DNA of 64,000 bases from Zootoca vivipara. Lineage: Eukaryota. The notes beneath the pieces were generated by a model that was given only the letters and a program-made list of their open reading frames with translations, did not search any database and was not told the origin of the DNA. The stretch covers positions 99,014,001-99,078,000 of the forward strand of contig NC_083276.1 of assembly GCF_963506605.1 (NCBI RefSeq), given 5' to 3'. This document shows positions 52,448-64,000 of the stretch, piece after piece. Positions within the stretch are counted from its first letter, which is position 1; each line of letters opens with the position of its first letter. The translations under genes were made by a program, and so were the position numbers.

Positions 52448-54272
52448 AGGTAAAAGGCTTATCCACATAAACCTGGTCCAATATCTCTATACATTCTTGC
52501 GCTCTCTGCACAGAAATTGCCCTTCCTGGAACTGGAGTGTCTGAAAAACATGATAACCTGCCCATCAATCAGAGGCCCTCCAGTGGGCATTCCTGCCTTT
52601 TGAGTGGGCAGGGAGGGAAGGGGGGGAGAGAGAGGTGGGGCATTTTCAGTTGTGTTTTCAAGACTACAACACTTCTGGGAATGTTAACCTGCTTTGATTT
52701 ATATCTCTTGGTTGGCAGGAAAAGTCGATCTTGTTTTCTTGAGGGTGTAGTGGAATTTGATGGCAATTTCTACGCTTTTAATTAGAGTATTGTTTCAAAC
52801 ATTTAACTTGTCAGCTTTCTGTTATTATTGTTAGTGTTGTTGTTGTTGTTAATATTTTTTATGAACTATATGCCTACGTAACTGATACCAGCAGAAATTC
52901 ACAGTAACCATACTGCGCATTAATGAATGCACACTGTCCATTTGCTCTTTCCTCTGCTCCAAGGGTTTCCAAACTCTAGAGTGAAGTATAAAGTTCAGAG
53001 CCAAACCTTTTCATCTTGTGTAGGTAATTCAGAGTACGAACTGAACTTATATCTCTTGGCATCTGATTATACATACGACTCCAGGAATTTTTAGCAGCTT
53101 GCAGTGTAAGGAAACACTTCAAGACTGCTGTTCCAACTGATTTCAAAGCACAGTGGGTTTGGCCTCATCAGGCAGATAATAAGTAGCTCAAAGAGAGTTT
53201 AAGGCAAGTTTTAGACAATGGGAATGCTCTGTTTGCTAGGTTTTCAGATTGTTGGAGTTCCTGTCTAAAAACAGACAAATTCTATGCATTTCTTTCTTTC
53301 TTACCTTCTTGACTTGAATTTTGCTCCCCCTATTCAACCTTTGTTTCTTCATTTTCATTTATCCAAGAAATAAGCACACTTTTTGCCCCCCCCCCACACA
53401 CTGCTTTTTAAAGGATGATGAGAGGTGTCTTTTAAAACTGTCACATAATTGAGTATTGTCAAAATTGGTTGTTTCTTTCATGAGGACAGCAGGAGAACAT
53501 ATATTTTATTGTGTCTATTTTTAGTATCTGATTAATGTTCCATGGATAATACATGATTACAAATGCAACTATTAGCTGTTCCATTTCAAATATATACTTG
53601 TATTATCCATACTGAGGAAGGCTTTTTCACAGCACAGATCCACTACTGCTGGGCTCAGTCAGAGAATCAGAATGAAAATCTTTTCTTATAGTATGCTTAA
53701 ATACTATTTAAAAGGTTTGCCATTATTTCAGTTCTCTTTAACAACTGTCTAACTTAGGGTTTAGCTGGAAATCACATTATGACTGAATATTATTGGAAAT
53801 GCACCAGAAAATTCATTTGGAAAATTCAGATGCATCAGAACAAGAAGGGACCACCAGAGTAATCCTCCAACATTACGGATTCACGTTTTGTTGCATATGA
53901 AATAAACATACGTATGTTTTCAGCTAATGAGTACTTACATCATCATGTTCTCTGGGGCTATTAAAGGAATTGTCCCTACCTGGTGGAGGGCCCCAAGACC
54001 CCTGGAATCTTGTGTAACACTAGGGAGAGATTGGGATGGTTTAGTACAGTACCTTTCTTGCTTGTGTGGATAGAGAACAGAGACAGCTGTGTGTTTATAT
54101 GGCTTTCATAGTAAAAAAACAACAACAACCCATTCTATTCATACAAGGAATTCTACCTGCACAACAAAAATTTCCCTTCTTTTTCATCTCCCCATACCCT
54201 GCCAAATCTCCTCTGAAGGGTGGAGATAACAGGCGTGAGGGTGTAAATGGAAATGGAGCTTCATCGCACAAG

Positions 54273-54788
54273 TTTCAGGGACTGGACAGAGGAGGAATGG
54301 TGGAGACCGCCTCCCTAGCTTGAACCTTCCAGAGAAGAGAAAGACAGTTCAGAATTTCAGAATTCAGGGTTTGAGGGAGGTCACAGCTCAGAGGCAGATG
54401 AGGGGCAAAGTTTGGAAATAATGGGAGAGGGGGAGGAGGAAGAGGAAGAGGAAGAGCTGGAGCAGCTGGCTGACGGGTTATCACTAGAAAGCATTCCAGA
54501 CCCTGCTTCTCCCAGAACCCGGTGGGCAGTTAAAGTAGGAGAGCAAAGAGTCCAGAGGCAGATGGCCCTAAGCGGCAGCCATAAGGTGGGTGGCACTGTT
54601 GACAATTGAGGAAGTAGATGAAAAGGGGTGTGTGGAGATTTACTTGGAGCAACACAATTACTCCAAGAGGCTGTATTTCTAAATCTCTCTCTGTGAATAT
54701 TGAATAGAAGACATTGGTAAGAACTTTCCCTGTCTTATCTATTCCTTGCAGCCTACCATGGGAGGATCAGATTCCCTGACACCTGACA
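54273..54788 (+). mobile_element. Solo LTR (Gypsy-like)
   Basis: Termini t(t)tcaggga..tccctgaca followed by a second cctgaca; 5-bp TSD acaag (54268-54272, 54789-54793). Confidence 0.75.
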
Positions 54789-55027
54789 ACAAGTGAAAGT
54801 ACTTGCATGAATGGAACAATTTTGGTGATACAATTCACCGTGTCCAGTTCTGCTAAACCAGAAGCCATCATTTTTCCAGGGATGAATTTCTTTTTAATGG
54901 TGGCTTTCAATCTGGCCCTCTCTGGAATTCTCATATTCATTCAGTTACCTTTCACACAAAATTCAAATAAGATTATTGACAGATATTGAATTCTAGTGTT
55001 TTCTGTTAATGCATGCTTTCCCCCCCT

Positions 55028-55044
55028 AGATCTGATTTTTTATA

Positions 55045-55080
<36 letters not shown>
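55028..55080. repeat. (TG)n microsatellite
   Basis: Direct reading. Confidence 0.95.
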
Positions 55081-55085
<5 letters not shown>

Positions 55086-56705
55086 TGTGTTTATAATTAA
55101 ATGTAAGCACCTGTCTTCCATAGTGGACAGCAAAGCAACACAATATCACAGTTTCAAAAGATATCAAATCTTCAATTAAAAGCTTCCTGCTTGTAGGGTC
55201 AGCTAGTTTATTCCTTTCTTCTTAGTGTGGCTATTTCACCATATGAAAATTAAAAAGGATAGTGAGGAACTAAAATATGAGAGTTCTCCCTACCACGGGA
55301 ACAGAAACTGACAATAAGAGAAAGTTATGAGAGGCTATTCAAGAGTAATTAGGGGATTATTCATCATTCATTATTCATTACCCACCCTGTTGCACTCAAA
55401 AGGGCTGAAAAAGCAACCAACTTTATTATTAACTTCGGGAGGAGGCATTGCTGAATGAACTTAAACATTATAGAAGTATCTTGGCTCTGAGGAAAGTGTT
55501 GCTAGAAAATATAGCACTGGGTAGAATCACTGTTTCAGTTCCACTTCCAGCTAATTGCAGAAAAGCAATCCCTCAGCAGAGCTGGAGGGCTCTAGTGTGG
55601 AAGCAACTGAAGATAGCAGTTAGACACAGTTGCTATTTTTCACACAGAGAGCTTGCCAGTTCTTTATTTCCTTTGCTCCTTTATTACCCCAATGAATTAA
55701 TTATCATCACTCATGTTTCTGAGGAAAGGATTTTGCCAAAGGTCCTAATTCAATCAACACTGAAGTCAGCAGGTCAGAATGGCATGGTTTATATTTTGCA
55801 ATAATTAGCAGGTAGCTGAAGCAATGACATGGGGCAGATTACTGTCAGACATTTTTGTGCTTTCTTTTTAGAAAGTGATCTCAGGAAACTTTCTTTAAAA
55901 CAAACAAACAAATAAGAAAAATGGTTTTTTTAATTGTAGAATAAAAAAACTATTACTTTATCATATCCTAATGAAATCACCGTCAATGTAGCAAAATGCA
56001 TCAGCATGCATTACAAGGAACCAAATGATTGAAGTTGCTGACTAACCACACTGGTACTCAAAAATTCTTTCTAGTGTGATTGTGTGACAATGCACACAAC
56101 ATATCCTAGCTTTTTGTTGTGCTGTTAATCCCAAATAGTATTTTGCCTATTGTATATGCGTTTGACTGTATTCTCGTGGCTGATATGAGATCATAACAAT
56201 AAAGATTGCTTGATTTTATCACATAAAAATTCAGAAATATAATTTTTCCAACTTAATTCCAAAATTAAGAATGGAAAACTGATCATAAGTATTTGCATGC
56301 ACTGTAAGCATTATAATAACATTTCAATATTATAGTCATTCATTTGAAGGATTCTACCCTATGTGGCAATAAATGCTGCCATAGAGGCTTACACAATCTG
56401 AAAGGCATGACACAAAAGGAAAAAAGAGGGTTGAGAATGGAAGAGGAAACAAGCAAACTCAGGCATCTGTTCTTAAATGAGATGCTGGAGCTGATCTTTC
56501 AGCAAAGCCAATGGAACGGCCCTATTTTTTCCCCTCTCCCTCTGCTGCAGTCTGATAATGACACAGCAAAGAAACAATTTTATCACGTTGCTGTTGTTGT
56601 GTAGTTGTAAGTGGATTTGTAAAGAGTGCCTTCTTGGGCTCCACTGGGAGGGAGGATGGGATATAAATTTAATAAATAATAAAATCAATAATGATGGTAG
56701 TAATA

Positions 56706-56956
56706 CAGTCGTACCTTGGTTGTTGAATGAAATCTGTTCCGGAAGTCTGTTCGACTTCTGAAAATGTTCGAAAACTAAGGCACGGCTTTCGATTGGCTGC
56801 AGGAGCTTCCTGCATGCAATCGGAAGCCACGGAAGCCATGTTGGATGTTCAGCTTCCAAATAACATTTGCAAACTGGAACACTCACTTCCAGGTTTGCAG
56901 CGTTTGGGAGCCAAAACATTTGACTCCCAAGGTGTTCAGTTTCTAAGTTTTGACTG
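56706..56956. mobile_element. Tc1/mariner (Tigger-like) MITE
   Basis: TA..TA TSD; imperfect TIRs cagtcgtaccttgg / ctaagttttgactg. Confidence 0.8.
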
Positions 56957-57165
56957 TACTCTAGAAAAGTCTTCTGTGCAATAGAAGCTTTCCCCAACTG
57001 TGGTCTAAAGCAGAGGTGAAGAATCTGGGTGCATTCAGAAATGCGGGGTATTGGGGGTAGTATTGTGTTGGTTTTCCTGGTTATAATGCCAGCACTTCTG
57101 TCCTGGTTTATAACATTCTTTGTTATATGATGGAACTGTAGATTTTGTGTTGATATATGGCCATG

Positions 57166-57507
57166 GGACATGGGTGACGCTGTGGGTTAAACCACAGAGC
57201 TTGCCGATCAGAAGGTCAGCAGTTCACATCCCCGTAACGGGGTGAGTTCCCATTGCTCAGTCCCAGCTCCTGCAAACCTAGCAGTTCGAAAGCACGTCAA
57301 AATGCAAGTAGATAAATAGGTACCACTACAGCGGGAAGGTAAACGGCGTTTCCGTGTGCTCCTCTGGTTCGCCAGAAGCGGCTTTGTCATGCTGGCCACA
57401 TGACCTGGAAGCTGTACGCTGGTTCCCCCGGCCAATAACATGAGATGAGCACCGCAACATTAGAGTCAATCACAACTGGACCTAATGGTCAGGGGTCCCT
57501 TTACCTT
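57166..57507 (+). mobile_element. Sauria SINE
   Basis: Homologous to 12796 and 20302 copies; TSD tatggccatg (57156-57165, 57508-57517). Confidence 0.93.
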
Positions 57508-57749
57508 TATGGCCATGTCACATTGCTGTGAGACTTTTGTGAGCTGACAGTTTGTCTGAACCCTGGGAGAGAACCTGGAGGCTGAGAGGAAAGGCGTGTC
57601 AGAAGGAAAATGAATTGATATGGATTTTTATATATTAGTAATTTTCTTTTAATGTAATGTTTTTTTATATGTAACTGGTTTTTTTGTAATATTCTGTTTA
57701 AGATGTCTGTTGTTGTTTCAGTTTTCTGTACACTTCTTAAAGATACGTC

Positions 57750-58099
57750 ACCAATCTCTCTTCTACCTTTTTCATGGGAGACAAATGGGAAGTTTGTCGC
57801 AGCTGGAGAGGGAGACACCTGTGACTCTTCACCAGCCTGTCTCATTTCTGCCTCTTGGCCTCCCTCCTCCCATTTGCCAGCTTCAGCTTCTGATTCTGGA
57901 CTTCTCTCTGCCACAGACTTTTGCAGCTCACTAAGTCCTGTTATCCCCTTCAGCTTCTGACACCTCATCTTCCCAGTATTCTCCATGTGACCATTCATCA
58001 TTGTCCCACCACCACTTCCTGGGCTCTGAGCCTTCTTCCCTTGACGGTTCCCCAGCTGGTTCCTCCCACCATTCCTCTGTGTCCAACCAGTCCATGACA
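57750..58099 (-). mobile_element. Truncated Gypsy-like LTR
   Basis: Minus strand starts tgtcatggactggttggacacagaggaatggtgggagg, related to the start of the LTR at 54273. Confidence 0.6.
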
Positions 58100-58252
58100 G
58101 CAGTGAGGAAGAAGACCAGAGGAGCGTTTGGTTCTTCATCTTTAACAGCTGAACAGAAGGTGGAATTTCAGCAATGAAGCACACTCTGCCTGCACATGGC
58201 AATCAGTGCTTGCCAAAAATGGCTTCTTCTAAACCTGCACAAGCATTAAAGG

Positions 58253-58331
58253 TTGTTGTTGTTTAGTCGTTTAGTCATGTCCGACTCTTCATGACCCCAT
58301 GGACCATAGCACGCCAGGCACTCCTGTCTTC
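58253..58331 (-). mobile_element. 79-bp BovB 3' stub
   Basis: Nearly identical to ~44463-44540; 9-bp TSD cattaaagg (58244-58252, 58332-58340). Confidence 0.92.
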
Positions 58332-60321
58332 CATTAAAGGTACAGGAGTCCTATTGGTATTTGCGTCTAGGCATCCTACCAGTTACCTGCAGCGATGCTG
58401 ACAACAACAAAAATAGCTTGGCCTGTTCTTTTGTTTTTAACAGTGGCTTGATTGGCAGAAATCAGGCAGCGAAGCTTTTCGCAGCTTGGAGATAAACATT
58501 CTTTCTTGCTAATTAATTAAAGCTGCTTTTAGAGGCACTACTTGAAGGTCTGGTTCAAATGTCAGCAGAAGTCTTAGTCTTGGTGATTAACATCCAATAA
58601 AAACATCCATTAACTATATAGAAGTTAGCCAGTTTTCGAAAAATGCCACCACTTTTGGACAGCACAATTTTTATAGTGCTTTACCTAGTAGCATGGTGAG
58701 GTGCCGCCACTGCTCACCAGACCTCCTGTTCATTACCAGAAGGTAAGAGTGAGGGGCAAGGCAGTGGTGAGGCTGACCAGGGGCAATGGCACTGATGGAG
58801 TCAATCCAGTGCTCCTGCTGGTGTGTTCGTACTACACTGACCTTGTTGTTCTATCTCACTGTAAGCAGGAACAAGTGGCCAAGTGAGTGTTGCTCAGCTG
58901 AGTGGTGGCACCCAAACACGCTTCTAGTTTACTCTCATATAAATGCAGCATCTACTGGCAGAACATTACCTTTAAGTCTGTGGTCTTACTTCTCTTTTCC
59001 AGCTCCTTTTCACTAAACAAACCAATGCCATTGGGAGGAACAATAATATTTGCACACAATTTCATAAAGCAATGCCATTTTATTTTGGGGGTTTTTTTAG
59101 TGTCAGGTTTATTTGTTAAACTCTGGTGACTAAATATTGACATCAGTTGGTATGACAAGGCAATTCCCACGACATCTTCAGAAAAGACACACGAGGAGTC
59201 TATCCTCCTTGCTTGGAAGTTAATGTTAAACCTCCCACTGACTTCAGTGCCCTTTCACATAGGGCTATAAGCAAAAACATGGATGTGAGTCTTTTGATGG
59301 AGTTGAGACCGGGAGGGTCTTGCAGCTTTGTCAGGCAGCTGTAAAAAAAGGACTGTCTTTCCTTCTCTTTGTGATAGGCTCAGAAGCCCTGCAGACAAGG
59401 CAGCCTTTCTAACCAGTCTCCAAGCCTGAGGTGAACTTCAGTATCCTGTGGTTTGCACAATTTCACTTTCAAGTTATTCTGTCAGGGAAACTGACAGACT
59501 CAATGATGTTACTTTAAAGACTTCTTGGGAGGAGAAAAAAAGAGAGAAAGAATAGGATGTCAGAATTCTCTTCCTCAAATGCTAAACTCACCAAAGTTTT
59601 ATATGCCCCGGCAGTCAAAGAGCTAAGAATTCAGTTGATCTTGCATTGCTTAAAAGATCTTGGCTTCATTTAATTTCCTCTGTCCCCAGACTGAGCTGCG
59701 TAGTATTGGCACAATGAATAGCCTTTAAGAGCATAACCTAGAAATATTACATATACTGCTTTCAAAAAATAGAAGAAAGAAAGCTTACCCAAAATAGAAT
59801 ATACATTATGCTTTCAGAAGTGAAAGTTTGTGATATTTACATCACCTTTACAATGCACCACCAAAATGTTTTAAGGCCCCAGACAGGCTGTAATCATCCA
59901 ACCAGATATTCTTGAGAAAGCCAAGTGACTACTCAGGGACTACTTCAAAGCAATTGGCTTCTTGATGGCAGGGAGGATGGATTGGAGAACATAAAATCAG
60001 ATCGGTTTCTGAAGGACAGTGAATAGGAAATTGTTGTTTAACCTTTTATGGCATAGAAGAAACAGCAGGCATGAAGAAAACAAATGAATTGTTGTTACTC
60101 CACTATATATCTATGGAAATGTAGCAGTAGTAATGGCCAAAACTGCAACAGAGTGGAAGAGAAACAAGAACAACCCCCACCCTCACACCTACCCCCACCC
60201 CCACTAGTGCTGCTTTTAAGATGCCCACAAAAGTGCAGATGTCATTATTTGTTATCGTTGTTTTCTGTTCAAATTATAGTTAGGAATTGTAGTTACCAGA
60301 GAGAGCCTCTATATCCTAAAC

Positions 60322-60451
60322 CAGGCATCCCCAAACTTCGGCCCTCCAGATGTTTTGGACTACAATTCCCATCTTCCCTGACCACTGGTCCTGTTAGCTA
60401 GGGATCATGGGAGGCCAAAACATCTGGAGGGCCGCAGTTTGGGGGTGCCTG
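60322..60451. mobile_element. hAT MITE (palindromic, young)
   Basis: TIRs caggcatccccaaact-cggccctccagatgttttgg / ccaaaacatctggagggccg-agtttgggggtgcctg; 8-bp TSD tcctaaac. Confidence 0.92.
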
Positions 60452-61719
60452 TCCTAAACCTTCAAGGTAGCTTTGGGACTCACAGAAATGATAAACTAGA
60501 ACTCCCTAAGGTTAGTTTATCTCCCTAAGGTTAGTTGATTCTAATACCAATCATTTCCCACCCTGTGGCATCTGACCCTCTTCAAATGATGACACAGATG
60601 AAACAGGTCCTCCCTGTGGCATCTGACCCTCCTGTTGTCGACCCCTCCTTTCCCAACACATGTACATTATCTCAGCAAACTGGATTTGGAAATACTGATT
60701 GTAACAAGCAGTTCTGCCCAATGTACATCTGAGTTCAGTGGAGAAGCTAAATCTTTCCAGATGAAACCAGTGCTACCTAAAAGATGTAGCATTAGGTGAA
60801 ACAGGCCCATTCTAAACTTGCAGAAGCCTTGTAATGATAACGGGGAACTTTATCACATAGTTCCCCCCCCCCCGGCAGCATAGGACTGAACTTCAAGCCA
60901 TGCTGTTCTCTTCTATATTTAACAGTGGCTCAATTATCATTCATGCAACGTTGACTGTGTGACAGGAGGAGAGACAGTGCATGAATTACCTATCATCCAA
61001 TGAAATTTCCAATTAGAACTCAAAATACAGATCTAGCACTTGGGTCGTTCACGTACCTTCCTGAAAGCTGATTACAACGTCATGATATGAGAGATACCAT
61101 TACTAATGCAATATCAGTGCCAGCATCGTCTCCTCCAGCGTCTCAAAAACAAGTAAGAGGAGAGCATTTAATTAGGAACCTTTCAGTATTAATTCTCTAG
61201 TTTAATAGGCTTTTCTGGTTGATAACGAAACTGATTATGTGCCAACAACAAATTGCCTAATGGTGGGCACAGCATTTCTTTATTTTCAAAGGGGGGAAAG
61301 AGGATGGGAAGTGGTGGGGGAGGGGGACATGTTCCCTCTCCAACCTGTGTTTTTGTTATTACGCCATCTGTATTTTTTAAAGCTTAGCCTATATTAGTCA
61401 AATTAGTCGAAGCACAAGTTAAGCTAACTCCCTATATTTCCCCATGGATTGAAATGCTAAATATTTTGAGGGGGGGGGGTCAATGAATATCTAAAGCCCA
61501 CTGCATTATTGCTGGTTTATGTAACATTGTCGGGATAAACAGACTGAATGAGGTTAACAAGCTATTAGGGCCACTTGAAAACCTTTGCTGCTGAATGGGT
61601 CTTTGTAGTGTCAGAAACTTCACACACAGCAGCTGGACAGTATTGCACACACATTCGGTGATACTGGAGCAGGTAACTGGAGCCAGGAAAGCATGCTCAG
61701 TCGAAGAGGAAGCTATCTA

Positions 61720-62395
61720 GGTCACATCCACACCATGCACTTAAAGGCCACTTAAAGTGCATGGCTTTTACCAAAGAATTATGGGAATGGTAGCATCAGG
61801 CGTGAAGAATCCTCTCCCCCTCCAGTAGCATCAAAGGCAAGAATAACAAGCAGTTTGTATTTTGTAGTCTTTTTATTCAGCCATCTGGTTGCAAGACAAG
61901 AATCCATGTCTCCACACAAAGAGAGATGTTGGCTACTCTGAGCTCCTCCTTTTCCATCCCCAACAACATCCTGAGCACCAATGGGAAGTCCCAGGATTCC
62001 CACCCCTCTGCCTTCTAGAAAGCAGAGGGACCGACGGGCCTATGGAGATGGAGGATCCCCCATACTCTCCAGGGAAGTGTCCGCCGGCTGCACCCTCACC
62101 TCCCCTTCCTCCTCCCTATCTCGTAACTAGGCAATTCTCCCTCAAATGGTATAGCATCTCTCTCCCTCTCTCCTCCTGAAACTGCTGTAGACAAGGAAGG
62201 GGGACTCCCCCCTCCTCTTTGGAGAGAAGCTGATCAGACTGAGTGCACACTTTCCAGTCTTCCTGTTCTGACTGTGCTGAACTGTAAACTACGTACAGTT
62301 CTTAGGATTTTGCAAGGGGTGTGTGGGTAGCAGAAGCAGCCATGGCTATTGAAGTGGTAGAAATGTGCTTTAAATGTATGGTATGGGTGGTGACC
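61720..62395. mobile_element. Palindromic MITE interrupted by a ~480-bp LTR-like insertion (~61800-62280)
   Basis: Arms ggtcacatccacaccatgcacttaaag / ctttaaatgtatggtatgggtggtgacc; interior has a minus-strand AATAAA and pyrimidine-rich LTR-like composition. Confidence 0.5.
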
Positions 62396-63638
62396 TCAGG
62401 ACAGAGGAGGGAAATGACATGGGGTAATTTTTTCCAAATGGGGTATCTAAAATTAGGACTCGTGTGTGAATTTGTTTTAAGTTCTTTTTAATATTGCATC
62501 TTAAGATTGCTGTAATCTGCTCCGGTATCTTATGGTGAAGGGAGAGTAAGAAATTGAAAGTAAGAATAAGTCCACTAATTGCTCACAGAAAGTAGGCCCA
62601 GTTTAATGAGGGCTTAGGTGGAATCTAGACACATATTTTTAAAAGTTGTGAATATGCTTTTTTTTTTAAAAAAAAAAGGATGTGAAAAATATATCAAACT
62701 TGCCATAGCTCACCATTGCCATCTAGCATCACATTTGTATAATGCACTTTACAACACACTTATTTGCAGCTGTATAGATGAGTTCTTCATTTCCCTCAAC
62801 CTGGTGTTTATGCAAAACTCACTACAAAATAGGAAGACAGGAACCTGCCTAATACTGCCTAATCCTCTATCTGGCTCAATATTGTTCACGGACTGGCAGC
62901 AGCTTTCCAAGGTAATTCAAGGACAGAATGATGATTTGTAGTATCAATTTTGTAGCACTTAGTAACAGTTGTCATCAGCCTCACATTATGCTAAAACTAG
63001 GGTGCACTTATTCCACTTTATTCTCATACCTCTAGTGAGTTAACTATGTCCAATACGGAATTCAGATTCAAGGTTCTAGATACCCAAAGGTTGCAGGTCT
63101 CAGGTACATGATTAGAAACCTCTTGCTGAGATCCTGGTGCCCTGATTGCAAAATCCAATTTATTTCTTGATTCTACTCCCCTCTCCTCTAGGCAACTATG
63201 CACACCAATTTATCTGCCTCTTCAACAGTTAATTGTCAGATCCCAGTGATGCTAAATCAATTCATGCTTATTAAATAGGGTTTAAGACCACATCTATAAA
63301 TGAGGAGTGCTGTTGTTATGCAGCTTGCGTGCCTTTTTTTGTTATGGTTTCTTCATGGTCAATGGGGTTATGCATCTGCTGACTCTTGGATAAACTTTAA
63401 AGCATGCTTGAAAAAATAAGGCATCTACAAGCCTAGAGCAAAACTTCCCTTGTGTTGAATATTGTGATGAGAATACAGAGGAAAGTAAACAGCTGTTGTT
63501 CAGGAAAGGACCTAGATATGTTTCGAATTCTCAGGTCTGGCGCATTGGTCAACAATCGCCTAGCCCACCCCCACCCCCACCCCCATGCTACTCTCACCTC
63601 TAAAGCTGTGATTCTGCCAGAGACACTCTCCCACAGGA

Positions 63639-63851
63639 TAAAAAAAATTTCCTTCTAGTAACACCTTAGAGACCAACTAAATTGTCATTGGTATGAGCTT
63701 TTGTGTGCATGCACACAACAAATTGTGTGCATGCATGACAAGTTTGTGTGCATGCATGACAAACGTAGTTGGTCTCTAAGGTGCTACTGGAAGGATTTCT
63801 AAAATTTTGTTTCGACTACATCAGACCAACACGGCTACCTGCCTGTAACTA
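63639..63851. mobile_element. Penelope-like fragment with 5' inversion, nested in an old CR1
   Basis: 12-bp TSD tctcccacagga (63627-63638, 63852-63863); ~40-bp inverted arms. Confidence 0.85.
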
Positions 63852-63863
63852 TCTCCCACAGGA

Positions 63864-64000
63864 GGCAGTGATGGCCAACAACTTGGATGGCTTTTAAAGA
63901 GGATTGTATAAATTCATGGATGACCAAGGTTTGAATGGCTACAAGCTGCTAGCCATGAGGGCCATTCTCTGCCCCCCTCTCCCCGCTCTGAATACTTACA
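63864..64000 (+). mobile_element. Old CR1 3' fragment
   Basis: ggcagtgatggccaacaacttggatggcttttaaagaggattg..aaattcatgga. Confidence 0.65.

Noticed and set aside
56473-58202. 232-aa and 231-aa minus-strand ORFs
   Set aside because: They run across a Tc1 MITE and an LTR fragment; no domain signal
63701-63762. Short regularly spaced repeats resembling CRISPR
   Set aside because: Eukaryotic DNA; units derive from the Penelope hammerhead helix; no unique spacers or cas genes

Overview
Eukaryotic, repeat-rich non-coding DNA (large intron or gene desert) from a squamate reptile, most likely a lacertid lizard (inferred from Sauria SINEs, a Squam3-type SINE, BovB, CR1 and L2 content). I cannot support any host protein-coding gene. 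The only two real long ORFs belong to young 5'-truncated LINEs: a CR1 (9544-12167, +) and an RTE-BovB (44459-47333, -), both with uninterrupted frames. The rest is a mosaic of three Sauria SINEs, L2/CR1/L1 relics, solo LTRs, hAT and Tc1/mariner MITEs, microsatellites and a 147-N assembly gap. The most interesting signals are: (1) a Penelope-like terminal fragment with an essentially intact minimal hammerhead ribozyme just downstream of a TATA tract (52257-52294, -), plus two more copies that both break at the ribozyme's helix II, one with inversion and triplication of that helix; (2) two near-identical 90-bp CATA-terminated MITEs with 8-bp TSDs, possibly P-element superfamily; (3) an SGNH-hydrolase (DGVHL) fragment fused to a locally duplicated ~140-bp unit; (4) a splice-site-bounded 85-nt segment closed in all frames. 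None is proven to be a new system; family names come from recognition, not database searches.
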